From a candidate division WOR-3 bacterium (GTDB taxonomy: Bacteria > Hydrothermota > Tepidihabitantia > Tepidihabitantales > Tepidihabitantaceae), in assembly GCA_965649225.1 (NCBI GenBank), contig CBFGJX010000004.1:22230-86229 (forward strand): 64,000 nucleotides of DNA. Reading direction: 5' to 3'. The notes beneath the pieces were generated by a model. The model ran no database searches and was not told where the DNA came from. It saw nothing but the letters and a program-made list of their open reading frames with translations. Shown in pieces: positions 45,283 to 55,763 of the stretch; within the stretch, counting starts at the first letter, position 1, and every line of letters begins with the position of its first letter. Both the position numbers and the translations under genes were made by a program.

Positions 45283-46272
45283 GTGACCAAAGCTGAACCG
45301 GTTGTCGCAGTTTCCCTGCTCTCAGGCGGGCTGGATTCAAGTCTGGCAGCCCATCTGCTCAAACAGCAGGGCATTGTTGTCATCGGGGTGAACTTTGCCG
45401 GTGGCTGGTGTCCGCGACCGCTGGAAGGCCCCAGCCGGGCCGAACGCGCGGCGGCCCAGTTGGAGATCGAGCTGGTGACGCTGCCGATTGACGAGGATTT
45501 TGTTGCGATGGTGAAAAAGCCCAGACACGGCCGGGGACGGCACATGAATCCCTGCATCGATTGTCATGCGCTGATGATTCGCAAGGCCTGGCAGTATGGC
45601 CGGACGCGGGGTGCGATGCTGGTGGCGACGGGTGAAGTGCTGGGACAGCGGCCGATGTCGCAGAACCGGCAGTCGCTGGATGTGGTTGCCCGTGAATCGG
45701 GTGTCGCCGAACTGCTGGTGCGGCCGCTGTCGGCGAAGCTTCTGGAGCCAACGCAGCCCGAGCGGCTGGGGCTGGTGGACCGGTCGCGGCTGCTCGATAT
45801 CAGTGGCCGCAGCCGGACAAGGCAGATGGCACTGGCCCAATCCTGGGGTATCAGCGATTATCCGACACCGGCCGGCGGTTGTCTGTTGACCGAAGAGGTT
45901 TATTCGCGACGACTGCGGTCGGCACTGGCACGCGGCGAGGATTCGCCCGAGCTGCTTGGCCTGCTGGGGGTGGGTCGTCACTTCCGGTTTCCGTCCGGCG
46001 CGCGGTTGATTGTCGGCCGCGACCGGCTGGAGAATGCGGCGCTGCTTGCGCTGCGACCCGCCGGCAGCGGTGTGATTGATGCCACGGACCTGCCCGGACC
46101 ACTGGGGTTGCTGCTGCCGGACAGCGCAGCCGACCGATTGAATGCCGCGCGACTGGTGGCGCGTTATTCGGACCAGAAGGACCGGGCGGAGGTGGTGGTG
46201 CGGGTCAATGGTCAGGCGGTGAGTGTCCGTCCGGCCGGTGCCGGCGAAACCGGGCTGGCAGAACCGGAATAG
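45283..46272 (+). CDS. PP-loop tRNA thiouridylase-like protein (ThiI/MnmA-related)
   Basis: 'SGGLDS', 'NPCIDC', 'GEVLGQRPMSQ', 'PAGGCLLT'. Confidence 0.8.
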   Translation: MTKAEPVVAVSLLSGGLDSSLAAHLLKQQGIVVIGVNFAGGWCPRPLEGPSRAERAAAQLEIELVTLPIDEDFVAMVKKPRHGRGRHMNPCIDCHALMIRKAWQYGRTRGAMLVATGEVLGQRPMSQNRQSLDVVARESGVAELLVRPLSAKLLEPTQPERLGLVDRSRLLDISGRSRTRQMALAQSWGISDYPTPAGGCLLTEEVYSRRLRSALARGEDSPELLGLLGVGRHFRFPSGARLIVGRDRLENAALLALRPAGSGVIDATDLPGPLGLLLPDSAADRLNAARLVARYSDQKDRAEVVVRVNGQAVSVRPAGAGETGLAEPE

Positions 46273-46330
46273 GTTCGCCGAGAAGCTCCGGTGCTTGACT
46301 CGGGTTGCACCGAATCTACACTAGCACACC

Positions 46331-49300
46331 TTGTACATCAGAGAACTGCAACTGGTTGGATTCAAGTCGTTCAAAGACCGGGCGACGCTGAGTTTCGCGC
46401 CCGGCATGAACGCGGTCATCGGGCCGAACGGCTGTGGCAAAACCAATATTCTCGATGCGCTGCGCTGGGTGCTGGGCGAGCAGTCGTTCAGCGTCCTGCG
46501 TTGTGCCCGTAACGAAGACCTGATATTCGGTGGCACCGCCACCGTGCCACCGACCAACTATGCCGAGGTCAAGCTGGTACTCGGAGATGAGGCCACTGGT
46601 CAGGATATCGAAATCCGCCGCCGTTATTTCCGTTCCGGCGAGAGCGAGTACTATCTCAATCGTCAACCCTGTCGCCTGCGTGACATTCAGGAAGTCTTTC
46701 TGTCGGCGAATGCCGGCACCAGAGCCTATTCGATATTCGACTTGCGCCAGATGCGCGAAATCATCTCCGGCAATATCCGGCGGTTGTTTGAAGAAGCGGC
46801 TTCACTGGCGAAGTATCACGAAGCAAAAGCCGACTGTCTGCGCAAGTTCGAGCTGACCGACAAGGACCTGGTCCGGCTGGACGACATCATTGCCGAACGG
46901 GAACGGCTGGTGCGCAGCCTGCAGCGGCAGGCGGGCCGGCAACGGGCCTGGGACCGCCTAAAAGCGGAGGAGAAGGGGCTGCGGCTGGCGGAGTTGAAGG
47001 CGGAGTGGGAGTCGGTCCGGACCGAGCTGGAGCGGGTGGTCGGCGACGCCGAGACGCTCGAGTCGGCCGATGCCGAGCGCACGGCTGAAATCAACCGGCT
47101 GGAGGAAGAACAGCAGCGGCTGCGGGCCCGACTGCGCGACCAACAGGCACACCGGGAGGAGCTGGATGCCCGGTTGACTGCGGCCCGGCAGGCGCTGGCG
47201 GCACTGGAAAACCAGAATCTGCTCGATGGTCAGCGGGCGGAAATGCTGTCTGCCGCCGACCGGGAAGCGGCGGCCGAGCTGGAAGGGCTGCAGCGGCAGC
47301 TGAGCGAGCTGGAGACGTTGTTCGAGTCGGCGACGGTGCGGCTGGCGGGCGCCGATGAGCGACAGGCGGAAGCGCGGTCGGCACTGGAAGCGGCGCGTTC
47401 GACAGTCGAAGCGGCTGAGTCCCGGTTGCTGGCGGCGCGGCAGAGCGAGGCGGATCGGCAGGCCGATCTGCGTGAATTGCTGGAACAGCAGCATGCAGTC
47501 CGGGCCGAACTGGTCCGCAGCGAGGCGGCGGCCGAGAACCGGAGTGAAGCCCGGACACGGCTGCTGGCGGAGGAGCAGACGCTGGCCGAGCGCGGCAAGC
47601 GGCTCGCCGCCGAGCTCGAAGCGGTGCAGGCGCGGATAGCGGCCACAGCCGAGCGGCTGACCGCGATGCGCAAACGGCGGCAGGATTTGACCGTCCAGCT
47701 CGAGCAGACCGCCCGGGTGCGGGAATCGGCGCGCAGCGAGGTTGAGCGACTGCGGGCCGAAATCGCCGGACTGGAAGTCGAGACGGCAGCCCTGCGTGCG
47801 GAACTGGCCCTTGAACAGGCGGCGGCAGCCGAGACCAGTCTGGGTTGCAAAGTCCGGGCAGTGAGCGAACTGGTGACGGTTCAACCCGGCTGGGAAGTGG
47901 CGGCGGAAGCGGCGCTGGGCTGGCTGCTTGACTTCCTGACTGCCGAACGGGAGTTCAGCGGTGAGGAACTGCGACAGCTGGCGGCACAACGGCCCGACCT
48001 CAATTTCGGGCTGCTCTGGAACGGAAGTGCCGCCGCGACGCCGGACCTCCCGCAACAGCCGGGGATTGTCGGCCGGCTGGCCGAGCACGTTCAACTGGCA
48101 GCGGAATCACCGCCGGCGGTCAGCCGGGCGCTGGAACGGGTGCTGGTTGTCGAGGACGTTGCCACTGTCCGGGGCCTGGCGGCACAGTTTGCCGACTGGG
48201 TGTTTGTTACCGTTGACGGCCAGTGCTGGTTTGGCGACGGCCGGGCAGTGGTTGCCGCGCGTGACCGCGGCCGGTTGCGGCTGACCGGCGCACTGCGGGA
48301 CAAACTGGAGCGACTGACGGCAGCCCGGAACGAGCAGGAATTGAAGCTGGCCGAGATTGCGCGGGCCGACCGGCGACTGGAAGAGCTCGACCGGGACAAC
48401 AGTGCGCTGGAACTGGAAATTGCAGAACTGGAAAACGACCGGGCGGGCTATGATGCCCGCGCCGCGGTGCTGGCGGCGCAGGTCGAGGAGACCGGACGCG
48501 ATCTGGAGCGGCTGCAGGCCGAGGCCGGGAACTTGAACGAACAGGACCGGCAGGCCGCGACAGCACTGGCGGCATTGCGGGAACGGCTGGCTGAAATCGA
48601 CCAGCAGGTACGGCAGGCCGAGAAGGTGCTGCAGCAGGCAGGTGAGGAAACCGCGCTGCGCGAGGCGGCGGTCAAGGCCGGTCTGGAGCAGTCGTCGGCG
48701 GCGCTGGCGGCGCTGGCCGAAGCGCGGCAGTCGGCCTCGCGACTGGAGGCCGAAACTGGATTCGCCCGGCGGCAGATTGAGGAAATCCGGACCCGGATTG
48801 GTGAACTGGAGCGTCAGGCCGTGCTGCGGCGCGAGGAGCGCACCGTACTGCTGGCGGGCATTGCGGCACGGGCCGATGAGTTGAATGCGGCCCGGCAGCA
48901 GGTGGCAGAGATTGAACGCGAGATTGACGGACTCCGCGCCGCCGATGTTGCCCGGGCCGAGGAGGAGCTGGCGGCCAACATCGCCGAACGGCGCCAGCAG
49001 CTTGAGCAGAGCCGGCGGCTGTTGCTGGATCAACGGCTGCGGGTGCACGAGTTGCGGCGTCAGCTCGACGCAGTTGTCGAAGAGGCCCGGACCAGCTTTG
49101 GCACCGACATTGCCGCTTTTACCGCCGAAGGCAACGGCGATGTAACGGTGCGACTGGAACAGATCCGGCGCCGACTGGAGGCGCTGGGACAGGTCAATCC
49201 GCTGGCTGAGCAGGAGTACCGGCAGGAGAAGGAAGACCTGGAGCGGCTGCGCGCCCAGCGGGCCGATGTCGCTGCGGCCCGGGCCAACTTGGAACAGACC

Positions 49301-49822
49301 CTGCGGGAAATTGACGAACGGGCACGCAGCGCGTTCGCCGCGACCTACGCCGAGGTCAGAGGATACTTCCAGACAGTTTTCCGACGCCTGTTTCTGGAGG
49401 GCGAGGCCGACCTGGTGATGGTCGATGCCGCCAATCCGCTGGAGTCGGAAATAGCGATTGTTGCCCGACCGCGGGGCAAGAATCCCAAGCGGCTTGACCA
49501 GTTGTCGGACGGCGAGAAGGCGTTGCTGGCGGTTTCGCTGTTGTTTGCATTTTATCAGGTCAAACCGGCGCCGTTCTGTTTTCTGGACGAGGTTGATGCA
49601 CCGCTGGACGATGCCAACGTCGGTCGGTTTGCCGACTACCTGAAAGAGATTTCGCGTCAAACCCAGGTGGTGATAATCACCCACAACCGGCTGACGGTTG
49701 AGCGGGCCGATGTGGTTTTCGGCGTCACCGCCGAGGAGCCGGGCATCTCGACGCTGGTGGCAATCAGCCTCGCCGACTATCAACGGCGGCAGGACGCAGC
49801 GACTGAAACCGCTCCGGGCTGA
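46331..49822 (+). CDS. smc: Chromosome segregation protein SMC
   Basis: 'GFKSF', 'GPNGCGKTN', coiled coils, 'LDEVDAPLD', 'ITHN'; promoter TTGACT-16-TACACT at 46295-46322. Confidence 0.95.
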   Translation: MYIRELQLVGFKSFKDRATLSFAPGMNAVIGPNGCGKTNILDALRWVLGEQSFSVLRCARNEDLIFGGTATVPPTNYAEVKLVLGDEATGQDIEIRRRYFRSGESEYYLNRQPCRLRDIQEVFLSANAGTRAYSIFDLRQMREIISGNIRRLFEEAASLAKYHEAKADCLRKFELTDKDLVRLDDIIAERERLVRSLQRQAGRQRAWDRLKAEEKGLRLAELKAEWESVRTELERVVGDAETLESADAERTAEINRLEEEQQRLRARLRDQQAHREELDARLTAARQALAALENQNLLDGQRAEMLSAADREAAAELEGLQRQLSELETLFESATVRLAGADERQAEARSALEAARSTVEAAESRLLAARQSEADRQADLRELLEQQHAVRAELVRSEAAAENRSEARTRLLAEEQTLAERGKRLAAELEAVQARIAATAERLTAMRKRRQDLTVQLEQTARVRESARSEVERLRAEIAGLEVETAALRAELALEQAAAAETSLGCKVRAVSELVTVQPGWEVAAEAALGWLLDFLTAEREFSGEELRQLAAQRPDLNFGLLWNGSAAATPDLPQQPGIVGRLAEHVQLAAESPPAVSRALERVLVVEDVATVRGLAAQFADWVFVTVDGQCWFGDGRAVVAARDRGRLRLTGALRDKLERLTAARNEQELKLAEIARADRRLEELDRDNSALELEIAELENDRAGYDARAAVLAAQVEETGRDLERLQAEAGNLNEQDRQAATALAALRERLAEIDQQVRQAEKVLQQAGEETALREAAVKAGLEQSSAALAALAEARQSASRLEAETGFARRQIEEIRTRIGELERQAVLRREERTVLLAGIAARADELNAARQQVAEIEREIDGLRAADVARAEEELAANIAERRQQLEQSRRLLLDQRLRVHELRRQLDAVVEEARTSFGTDIAAFTAEGNGDVTVRLEQIRRRLEALGQVNPLAEQEYRQEKEDLERLRAQRADVAAARANLEQTLREIDERARSAFAATYAEVRGYFQTVFRRLFLEGEADLVMVDAANPLESEIAIVARPRGKNPKRLDQLSDGEKALLAVSLLFAFYQVKPAPFCFLDEVDAPLDDANVGRFADYLKEISRQTQVVIITHNRLTVERADVVFGVTAEEPGISTLVAISLADYQRRQDAATETAPG

Positions 49823-49883
49823 AGCCGGATGGTGAGCGGGCCAATCCCAAAACTGGTAGCGTCATCCGGCAGCGGAGGTCAAT

Positions 49884-50807
49884 CTGGCCAATCCCTTTGA
49901 ACGGATAGCGGCACGCTTCAAGCAGCTTGTCGCGGGTGTTGCCCGAACGCGGCAGGTCTTTGCCCGGGTGCTGGGCGCCGAATCGCTGGAGGAGATGGAG
50001 GAAGCACTGCTGGCGGCCGATGTCGGCGTCAGAGCAACCGAGCTGCTGGTCGAGAAGGTCAAACGCGCCGGTGGCGACCGACGGGAGGTTCTGGAACGCG
50101 AGATAGCCGCAATTCTGAGCGGGCAGACCGAAAAGCAGCGGCCAGTGGCCGTGGCTCAACCGGCGAAAACCGGGGGCTCCGGCGACGTTGCCTCTCCGAT
50201 GGTCGTGATGCTGGTTGGAGTCAATGGTTCGGGCAAGACGACAACGGTCGGCAAGCTTTGCCAGTGGTTTGCCGGTAACGGCCAGAGCGTACTGGTAGCC
50301 GCCGCCGATACCTATCGCGATGCCGCGGCCGAACAGGTGCGCATCTGGGCGGAGCGGGCCGGGGTGGACATCGTGATGTCACAACAGGGTCAGGATGCCG
50401 GGGCGGTGGTGTTTGATGCCGTGACCCGGGCGCGGCAACGGGGTCGTGATGTTGTCCTGGTTGACACCGCTGGCCGGCTGCATACCCGTCAGGACCTGAT
50501 GAACGAGCTGTTGAAAATCAAGCGGGTGTGCGGCCGCGTTCGGCCGGGGGCGCCGGACGAAATCTGGCTGGTGCTCGACGCCACGGTCGGCCAGAACGGC
50601 CTGCGGCAGGCTCAGGTTTTCAACGAACAGCTGGGACTGACCGGTCTGATAATCACCAAACTCGACGGTACTGCCCGGGGCGGGGTGCTGATTCCAATTG
50701 CGCTGGAGCTGGGGTTGCCGATCAGGTTTGTCGGTACCGGCGAGGGGATTGAGGATATTGCCGAATTTGATGCGGCAGATTTCGCCCGGGCATTGTTTGG
50801 CGACTAA
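49884..50807 (+). CDS. ftsY: SRP receptor FtsY
   Basis: 'GVNGSGKTTT', 'DTAGR', 'TKLDGTARGG'; probable CTG start at 49884 after GGAGG. Confidence 0.93.
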   Translation: MANPFERIAARFKQLVAGVARTRQVFARVLGAESLEEMEEALLAADVGVRATELLVEKVKRAGGDRREVLEREIAAILSGQTEKQRPVAVAQPAKTGGSGDVASPMVVMLVGVNGSGKTTTVGKLCQWFAGNGQSVLVAAADTYRDAAAEQVRIWAERAGVDIVMSQQGQDAGAVVFDAVTRARQRGRDVVLVDTAGRLHTRQDLMNELLKIKRVCGRVRPGAPDEIWLVLDATVGQNGLRQAQVFNEQLGLTGLIITKLDGTARGGVLIPIALELGLPIRFVGTGEGIEDIAEFDAADFARALFGD

Positions 50808-52504
50808 CTGTCGTCAGTGTCCGGCGGGGTCGGTCGCAGGTAGTCATCGGGGCTGACGCCGGACCTGGTGCTGTCGGACTCGGACGGCGGTTCCGGCTCG
50901 GCCCGTTCATTTTCTTCCAGTCGGGACAGTATCTCGACCGCCGCCCGGGCCGCGGCCCGCACCTCCCGCTCAACCCGGCTGAAGGGCCAGGGTCGGGCAA
51001 GTTCACGAAAACGGGGCAGCAGCCGGGTTACGCCCAGGGCGGCCAGGGCTTCGATTGCCGCAGCGCGAATCGCCGGTTCCGGCCGGTCAAGCTGAGCCCG
51101 CAGGAAACCTTCGGCAACCGGGTTGCCGATGAGCCCAAGCGCGCGCAGGACGTTGGTCTGGACGAGCAGGCTTTCGTCTTTCAGCCGGCCGAGCAGCGGC
51201 ATTGAGGCGCGGAAATCACGCAGCTTTCCCAGTGCCTCGGCCGCCATCGCCCGGACAACCGGGTCGCGGTCGTCGAGTGCCCGAATCAGAGCTGGCATTG
51301 CCCGTTCCTCGCGGATTTCGCCGAGTGCCTGACAGGAGACAATCCGGACCCAGGTTGAGCTGTCGCGCAGTCCGGCGAGCAACCGTTGCCAGGCGCCGCG
51401 GTGGCGCAACCGGCCGAGCACGTCAATTGCCCGTACCCGCAGCAGTGGCTGTCGGCTCGACAGCAAATCGAAAAGCGGGTTGACGGCGGCTTCGCCGAGC
51501 CGCTCCAGCGCGGCGGCGGCGGCCGCAGCGACCTTCTCGTCTTCGTCCTGAAGAGCATGGGCCAGCGGTTCGGCGGCCCGGGCGTGCCGGATGCGGCCAA
51601 GCGCTGTCACTGCCGAGTAGCGGACGGTCCATTCGGGGTCACGGCTGGCGCGGTCCAGTCCGTCGATTGCCGCCGGGTCGCCAATCGAGCCAAGCAGTTC
51701 GGCAGCAGCGCCGCGCACTGCCGGATTGGCATGACCGAGCAGTTCGGTGAGGGGCAGGATTGCCGCCTTGCCCTGACGCAACAGTTCGTCGGCGGCGCGG
51801 ATGCGGTCGCCGATGTCGTCGCGCGTCATCGCCGCAATCAGATGATTGACAGTTCGGACACTCACCTGACGCAGTGCCGCCATTGCCCGCCGGCGGACAT
51901 CGGGATTGGGGTCATCACCCGAAAGCCGGACAATCGTGTCAATGCCGCGCCGGTCGCCAATCCGGCCGAGGGCGTCGACTGCGGCGATGCGGACTGCCGG
52001 ATTGTCGTCAGCGGCTTCATCGAGCAGGGCATTGACCGCGGCCGGGTGGGCGATGGCGCCAAGGGCATTGGCGGCGGCGATACGGACTTCATCGACCAGG
52101 TCACGCAACAGTTCCAGCAGCGGCGGTACCGCCACTTCACCACCGATTCGGCCAAGGGCGAGCGCCACCGCGGCCCGGGTCGCCGGAGCGGGGTCGGTTA
52201 TCCCCTGAGCCAGGAGGGGCAGAGTGGAACTGAGTCGAAGCCGCCCGACCAGTTCGGGGATGATCGTACCGAGCGGTTCGTGCCACGATGCCAGATAGCG
52301 CTGAACCGATTCGGTCGCTGCCGGGCCAATCAGCACCAGTGCTTCGACGACCCGGTTGCGGACAGTCGGGTCGGGGTCGGCAAGCAGCAGTACCAGTGCG
52401 CCGGCGGCTTCGGCACCGCCGATGCGGCGGAGACGCTCGACTGCATTCAGCCGGAGAGCCGGGTCGGGACTTTGCAGGTCGGCAACGATTTCGGTCAGCG
52501 TCAT
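50804..52504 (-). CDS. HEAT/PBS-lyase repeat protein
   Basis: Many ~31-aa 'D.DP.VR..AA.ALG.IG' repeats. Confidence 0.88.
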   Translation of the reverse strand: MTLTEIVADLQSPDPALRLNAVERLRRIGGAEAAGALVLLLADPDPTVRNRVVEALVLIGPAATESVQRYLASWHEPLGTIIPELVGRLRLSSTLPLLAQGITDPAPATRAAVALALGRIGGEVAVPPLLELLRDLVDEVRIAAANALGAIAHPAAVNALLDEAADDNPAVRIAAVDALGRIGDRRGIDTIVRLSGDDPNPDVRRRAMAALRQVSVRTVNHLIAAMTRDDIGDRIRAADELLRQGKAAILPLTELLGHANPAVRGAAAELLGSIGDPAAIDGLDRASRDPEWTVRYSAVTALGRIRHARAAEPLAHALQDEDEKVAAAAAAALERLGEAAVNPLFDLLSSRQPLLRVRAIDVLGRLRHRGAWQRLLAGLRDSSTWVRIVSCQALGEIREERAMPALIRALDDRDPVVRAMAAEALGKLRDFRASMPLLGRLKDESLLVQTNVLRALGLIGNPVAEGFLRAQLDRPEPAIRAAAIEALAALGVTRLLPRFRELARPWPFSRVEREVRAAARAAVEILSRLEENERAEPEPPSESDSTRSGVSPDDYLRPTPPDTDDS

Positions 52505-52833
52505 CGGCGGGAGGGCGGCGCAGTCGAGGCAGCGAGCCAGTCAAGATAGCGGCGACTGGCGGCACTGACCGGCAGGGCGACGATTTCGGGTGTATCGTAG
52601 GGATGGAGTCGGATAAGTGCGGTTTCCAGCTGCGGGTAGCGGGTGGCGGTGGTCTTGAAGATGCAGAGCCATTCGGTCGCTGATTCGATGCGTCCCTGCC
52701 AGCGGTAAATCGAAGAAATCGGACCGAGTACCTGAACGCAGGCGGCAAGCCGGCGCCTGACCAGCGTCCGACCGGTGCGGCTGGCGCCGGATTCGTCGGG
52801 GAAGGTACAGAACACGATCAGAGCGTCGGTCAC
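52501..52833 (-). CDS. cutA: Divalent-cation tolerance protein CutA
   Basis: 'LAACVQ', 'SIYRWQG', 'HPYDTPEI'. Confidence 0.93.
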   Translation of the reverse strand: MTDALIVFCTFPDESGASRTGRTLVRRRLAACVQVLGPISSIYRWQGRIESATEWLCIFKTTATRYPQLETALIRLHPYDTPEIVALPVSAASRRYLDWLAASTAPPSRR

Positions 52834-52880
52834 AACAAGAGTGTCGGCGGGCGGTAATGCTAGTCAAGCCTGGAGCCGGC

Positions 52881-52908
52881 TTGACTCGACAGGGTGGTTT
52901 TCTATCAT
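52881..52908 (+). promoter_or_regulatory. Promoter TTGACT-16-TATCAT of the selenoprotein operon
   Basis: Motif ends 8 nt before the ATG at 52917; no SD, so likely leaderless. Confidence 0.7.
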
Positions 52909-52916
52909 CATTGGTC

Positions 52917-53678
52917 ATGGATGTGCGAAAACGCCTGGTTTTTTCTGTTGCGGCAGTCGTGGCGGTAGTGGCGGGCTGCTCGATTGCCCCGGAGGTACCG
53001 GTTCAGCCGACCGACCGAAATGTGCTGGCTGAGATTGTATTTACCGATACGACCTGAGGGTATTGCGGGCTCGCGGAGCGGGCCTTGGACAGCCTGGCGC
53101 GGTATCGTTACGACAGCCTGATGCCGGTGGTAGTCTGGATTCCGGTCGGGCGGTTCGCAACAGCACCGGACGACAGTATTCATCTTGGGCATTACGGTTA
53201 TCCGCCGAAGAGTCTGATTCTGGACGGCGATTCCGTTGCCCATTCCGATGAGCTGCCGCCGAATCAGTATGGCCGGTTGTTTGCTGAATACATCGACATT
53301 GCCAAGTCGAAGCCGACTTATGCAACGGTGCTGATTGACAGCGCCGGAGCCGATTCGCTCGGCGGCGCCATCTGTCTGCGACTGACGGTCGATTCAACAC
53401 CGCCGGGCGTACAGTTTGGTCTGGTGGCGGTAGTCACCGAAGACAGCGTCCAGACCGAGGGAGCGCTGGGCACGACCTGGCACCGTGTTGCCCGCCGGGT
53501 AGTGCCGGACTGGCGGGGGCGCGAATTGAATCTGGTCCGGGGCGACACGCTTTACGATACCCTGCGGTTCTCGACGACCGGGTTGAAGCCGAGCCGACTC
53601 AAGGCGGCGGTCTTTGTTCAGAATCTGAACGACTGGACTATTGTTCAGTCGCGGGCGGTAAATCGGTTTGTGCCATAA
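52917..53678 (+). CDS. Omp28-like thioredoxin-fold lipoprotein, predicted selenoprotein (Sec47, UGYC)
   Basis: Lipobox 'VAGC'; 'RNVLAEIVFTDTT-TGA-GYC'; same frame continues to 53678 with 'AVVTED...HRVAR' and 'AAVFVQ'; hairpin at 53067-53085. Confidence 0.8.
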
Positions 53679-53687
53679 GGAGGCCAG

Positions 53688-54275
53688 ATGATTAGAAAAC
53701 TGTCAATGGGCCTGCTGGTTTTGACGACGCTGGTGCTGGCGGCCAAGCCGGACAAGTCCCCGTTTCAGAAGGCACCTGATTTCACGCTCAAGGACGTGAC
53801 CGGTCGCTCGGTTACATTGAGCGAGCTGCTCAAGACCGGCCCGGTCTACATCGAGTGCTGGGACCTGCCCTGTGTCAACTGCATTGCCGAGCTTGATGCA
53901 CTGCTGCCGATCTACGATTCGCTGGTCGACTACGGCCTGCAGATTGTGGCGTTGTCGGTTGACAAGCCGGCTGACGAACAGCGGGTCAAGAGTTTCGTCA
54001 AGACCAAGAAGTGGCCCTACATTGTCTTGCTGGATCAACAGCAGAAGGTCAAGAGTGCCTACAAGATCGTCATCAAGCCTACCGCCTATCTCGTGAACCA
54101 GCAGGGCGAAATCGTCTATACTCATGTCGGCTACAAGAAGGGTGACGAGAAACGGATAGCGGCCGAGTTTGGCAAGTGGCTGCCGGCAAAGCCGGTGCCG
54201 CGCGATGGCAAGGACGGTGGCGAGTCTGAGCCGGCGAGCGAATCGGAAGCGCCCAAGTCCGGCAAAGGACAGTAA
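53688..54275 (+). CDS. TlpA/ResA-family periplasmic thiol-disulfide oxidoreductase
   Basis: Signal peptide, 'APDFTL', 'WDLPCVNC', cis-Pro 'KPTAYLV'. Confidence 0.88.
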   Translation: MIRKLSMGLLVLTTLVLAAKPDKSPFQKAPDFTLKDVTGRSVTLSELLKTGPVYIECWDLPCVNCIAELDALLPIYDSLVDYGLQIVALSVDKPADEQRVKSFVKTKKWPYIVLLDQQQKVKSAYKIVIKPTAYLVNQQGEIVYTHVGYKKGDEKRIAAEFGKWLPAKPVPRDGKDGGESEPASESEAPKSGKGQ

Positions 54276-54281
54276 CTCAAC

Positions 54282-55751
54282 GTGTCCCGGTCAATACTGG
54301 TAATGCTGTTGCTGGCCGCCCTGTCGGCAGCTGGCGCTGAACTTTCCGTCGGGGGCGTGAACCGTGCCGAGTTCTGGGCCTTTCTCGACTCGGTGTACTC
54401 GACTCAGACCGAAAACAAGCTGGATATAACCGTCGGCTATGGCGACCTTTCGGCAGGATTGGGCCTGTTTCTGTTCGAGCCGTCCAAGCCCTGGCGCGGG
54501 CTGCGTCAGCCGATGCGGCTGCTGGACTATACCATTGCCTACAGTCCGTCGGAACTGGAAGTCCTGTACGGCAAGTTTTACCAGACGTTCGGCAAGGGGC
54601 TGGCGCTGCGGGCCTATGAGGATGATGATTTCCGTCATTACAAGAGCCTGCACGGTCTGCGCGGGACGGCCCATCTGCCGCTGGGGACCGAAGTCGTAGT
54701 GCTTTCCGCCCGGTTGCGCGACGTGTTCTTTCAGGAGAATACCTACAAAACTCTGAATGCGGCGGATTCGACCGACCAGGTTCTGGGAGCCGATCTTTCG
54801 ACCCGGCCGTTGTCCTGGGCGGGTGTTGGTGGGCGCTATGTTCGGATTAACTCCACCGGCGACCTGGCGCCGCGCGCATTCAACGAGCTTTTTGGCGGCA
54901 ATCTGGGGTTGACATTCGGCCCGGTTGACCTTTACGGTGAGGTCTGTCGGCGGCTCGGTACCCGGCCGGGCATTGGCGGCCGCGAGGCCGGACTGGGCTT
55001 CTACCTCAGTGGTGCGCTGGCTTTCCCGGGCTACTCGCTGCTGGCCGAATACATGGATTACGACAAGCTCGGCTATCCGACATCGGCCTACCATTACAAT
55101 GACCCGCCGACGCCGATAAAATCAGGGGTGGCGATCGATCGGGGGATTGACGAGCGCGGTTTTGGTGTGACTGCAACCGCAAGTCCGCTGGACAGGTTGT
55201 ATCTGGAAGCGAATTACGGTCGGCTCTACCGCCATGACGATACGACCACCGGTGTTTACGAGTGGGAAGGCAAGGGGCGGTATTCGCTGGGCGACAACTG
55301 GACTTTTGAGGCAAAACTCAACCGGATGGTGCAGCAGAATATCGAGCTCCACGTCGCCCGGCGGGGCACAATCAAGCCGACGGTGCTGGTGAACTACCTC
55401 GCGGGCGAGCATACCTTCACGCTCGAGGCGGACTACGACTGGGTGGTCGAGGACACCGGGCATATGGAGCAGCCCTGGCGTTACCACGAGAGCGCGCTGG
55501 TGCTTTCCTACGGTTACGGCGAAGCACTGCTTTTTACCGCCGGGCTGCAGACGGTGGACCGCAAGCTCGAGCGGCGCTACAACGGTCAGCAGCTGTGGCC
55601 GATATTTGAAACGGTCTGGTCGATTACCGAGCGGAACATTCTGCGGGTGAGGATCGGGGCTGAGCGGGGCGGTTATACCTGTTCGGGCGGGGTCTGTCGC
55701 TTCGAGGCGCCGTTTTCCGGAGTGAAGGCGCAGCTTATCAGCCGGTTCTAG
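54282..55751 (+). CDS. Outer-membrane beta-barrel, DUF6029-like, with C-terminal CSGGVC
   Basis: Signal peptide, 'GKFYQTFGKGLALRAYED', 'ERGGYTCSGGVCRFEAPFSG', terminal Phe. Confidence 0.75.
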   Translation: MSRSILVMLLLAALSAAGAELSVGGVNRAEFWAFLDSVYSTQTENKLDITVGYGDLSAGLGLFLFEPSKPWRGLRQPMRLLDYTIAYSPSELEVLYGKFYQTFGKGLALRAYEDDDFRHYKSLHGLRGTAHLPLGTEVVVLSARLRDVFFQENTYKTLNAADSTDQVLGADLSTRPLSWAGVGGRYVRINSTGDLAPRAFNELFGGNLGLTFGPVDLYGEVCRRLGTRPGIGGREAGLGFYLSGALAFPGYSLLAEYMDYDKLGYPTSAYHYNDPPTPIKSGVAIDRGIDERGFGVTATASPLDRLYLEANYGRLYRHDDTTTGVYEWEGKGRYSLGDNWTFEAKLNRMVQQNIELHVARRGTIKPTVLVNYLAGEHTFTLEADYDWVVEDTGHMEQPWRYHESALVLSYGYGEALLFTAGLQTVDRKLERRYNGQQLWPIFETVWSITERNILRVRIGAERGGYTCSGGVCRFEAPFSGVKAQLISRF

Positions 55752-55763
55752 AAGGAGATTGCC

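Noticed and set aside
44669..45340. ORFs overlapping 44.6-45.3 kb
   Set aside because: Explained by RNase P RNA and its promoter region
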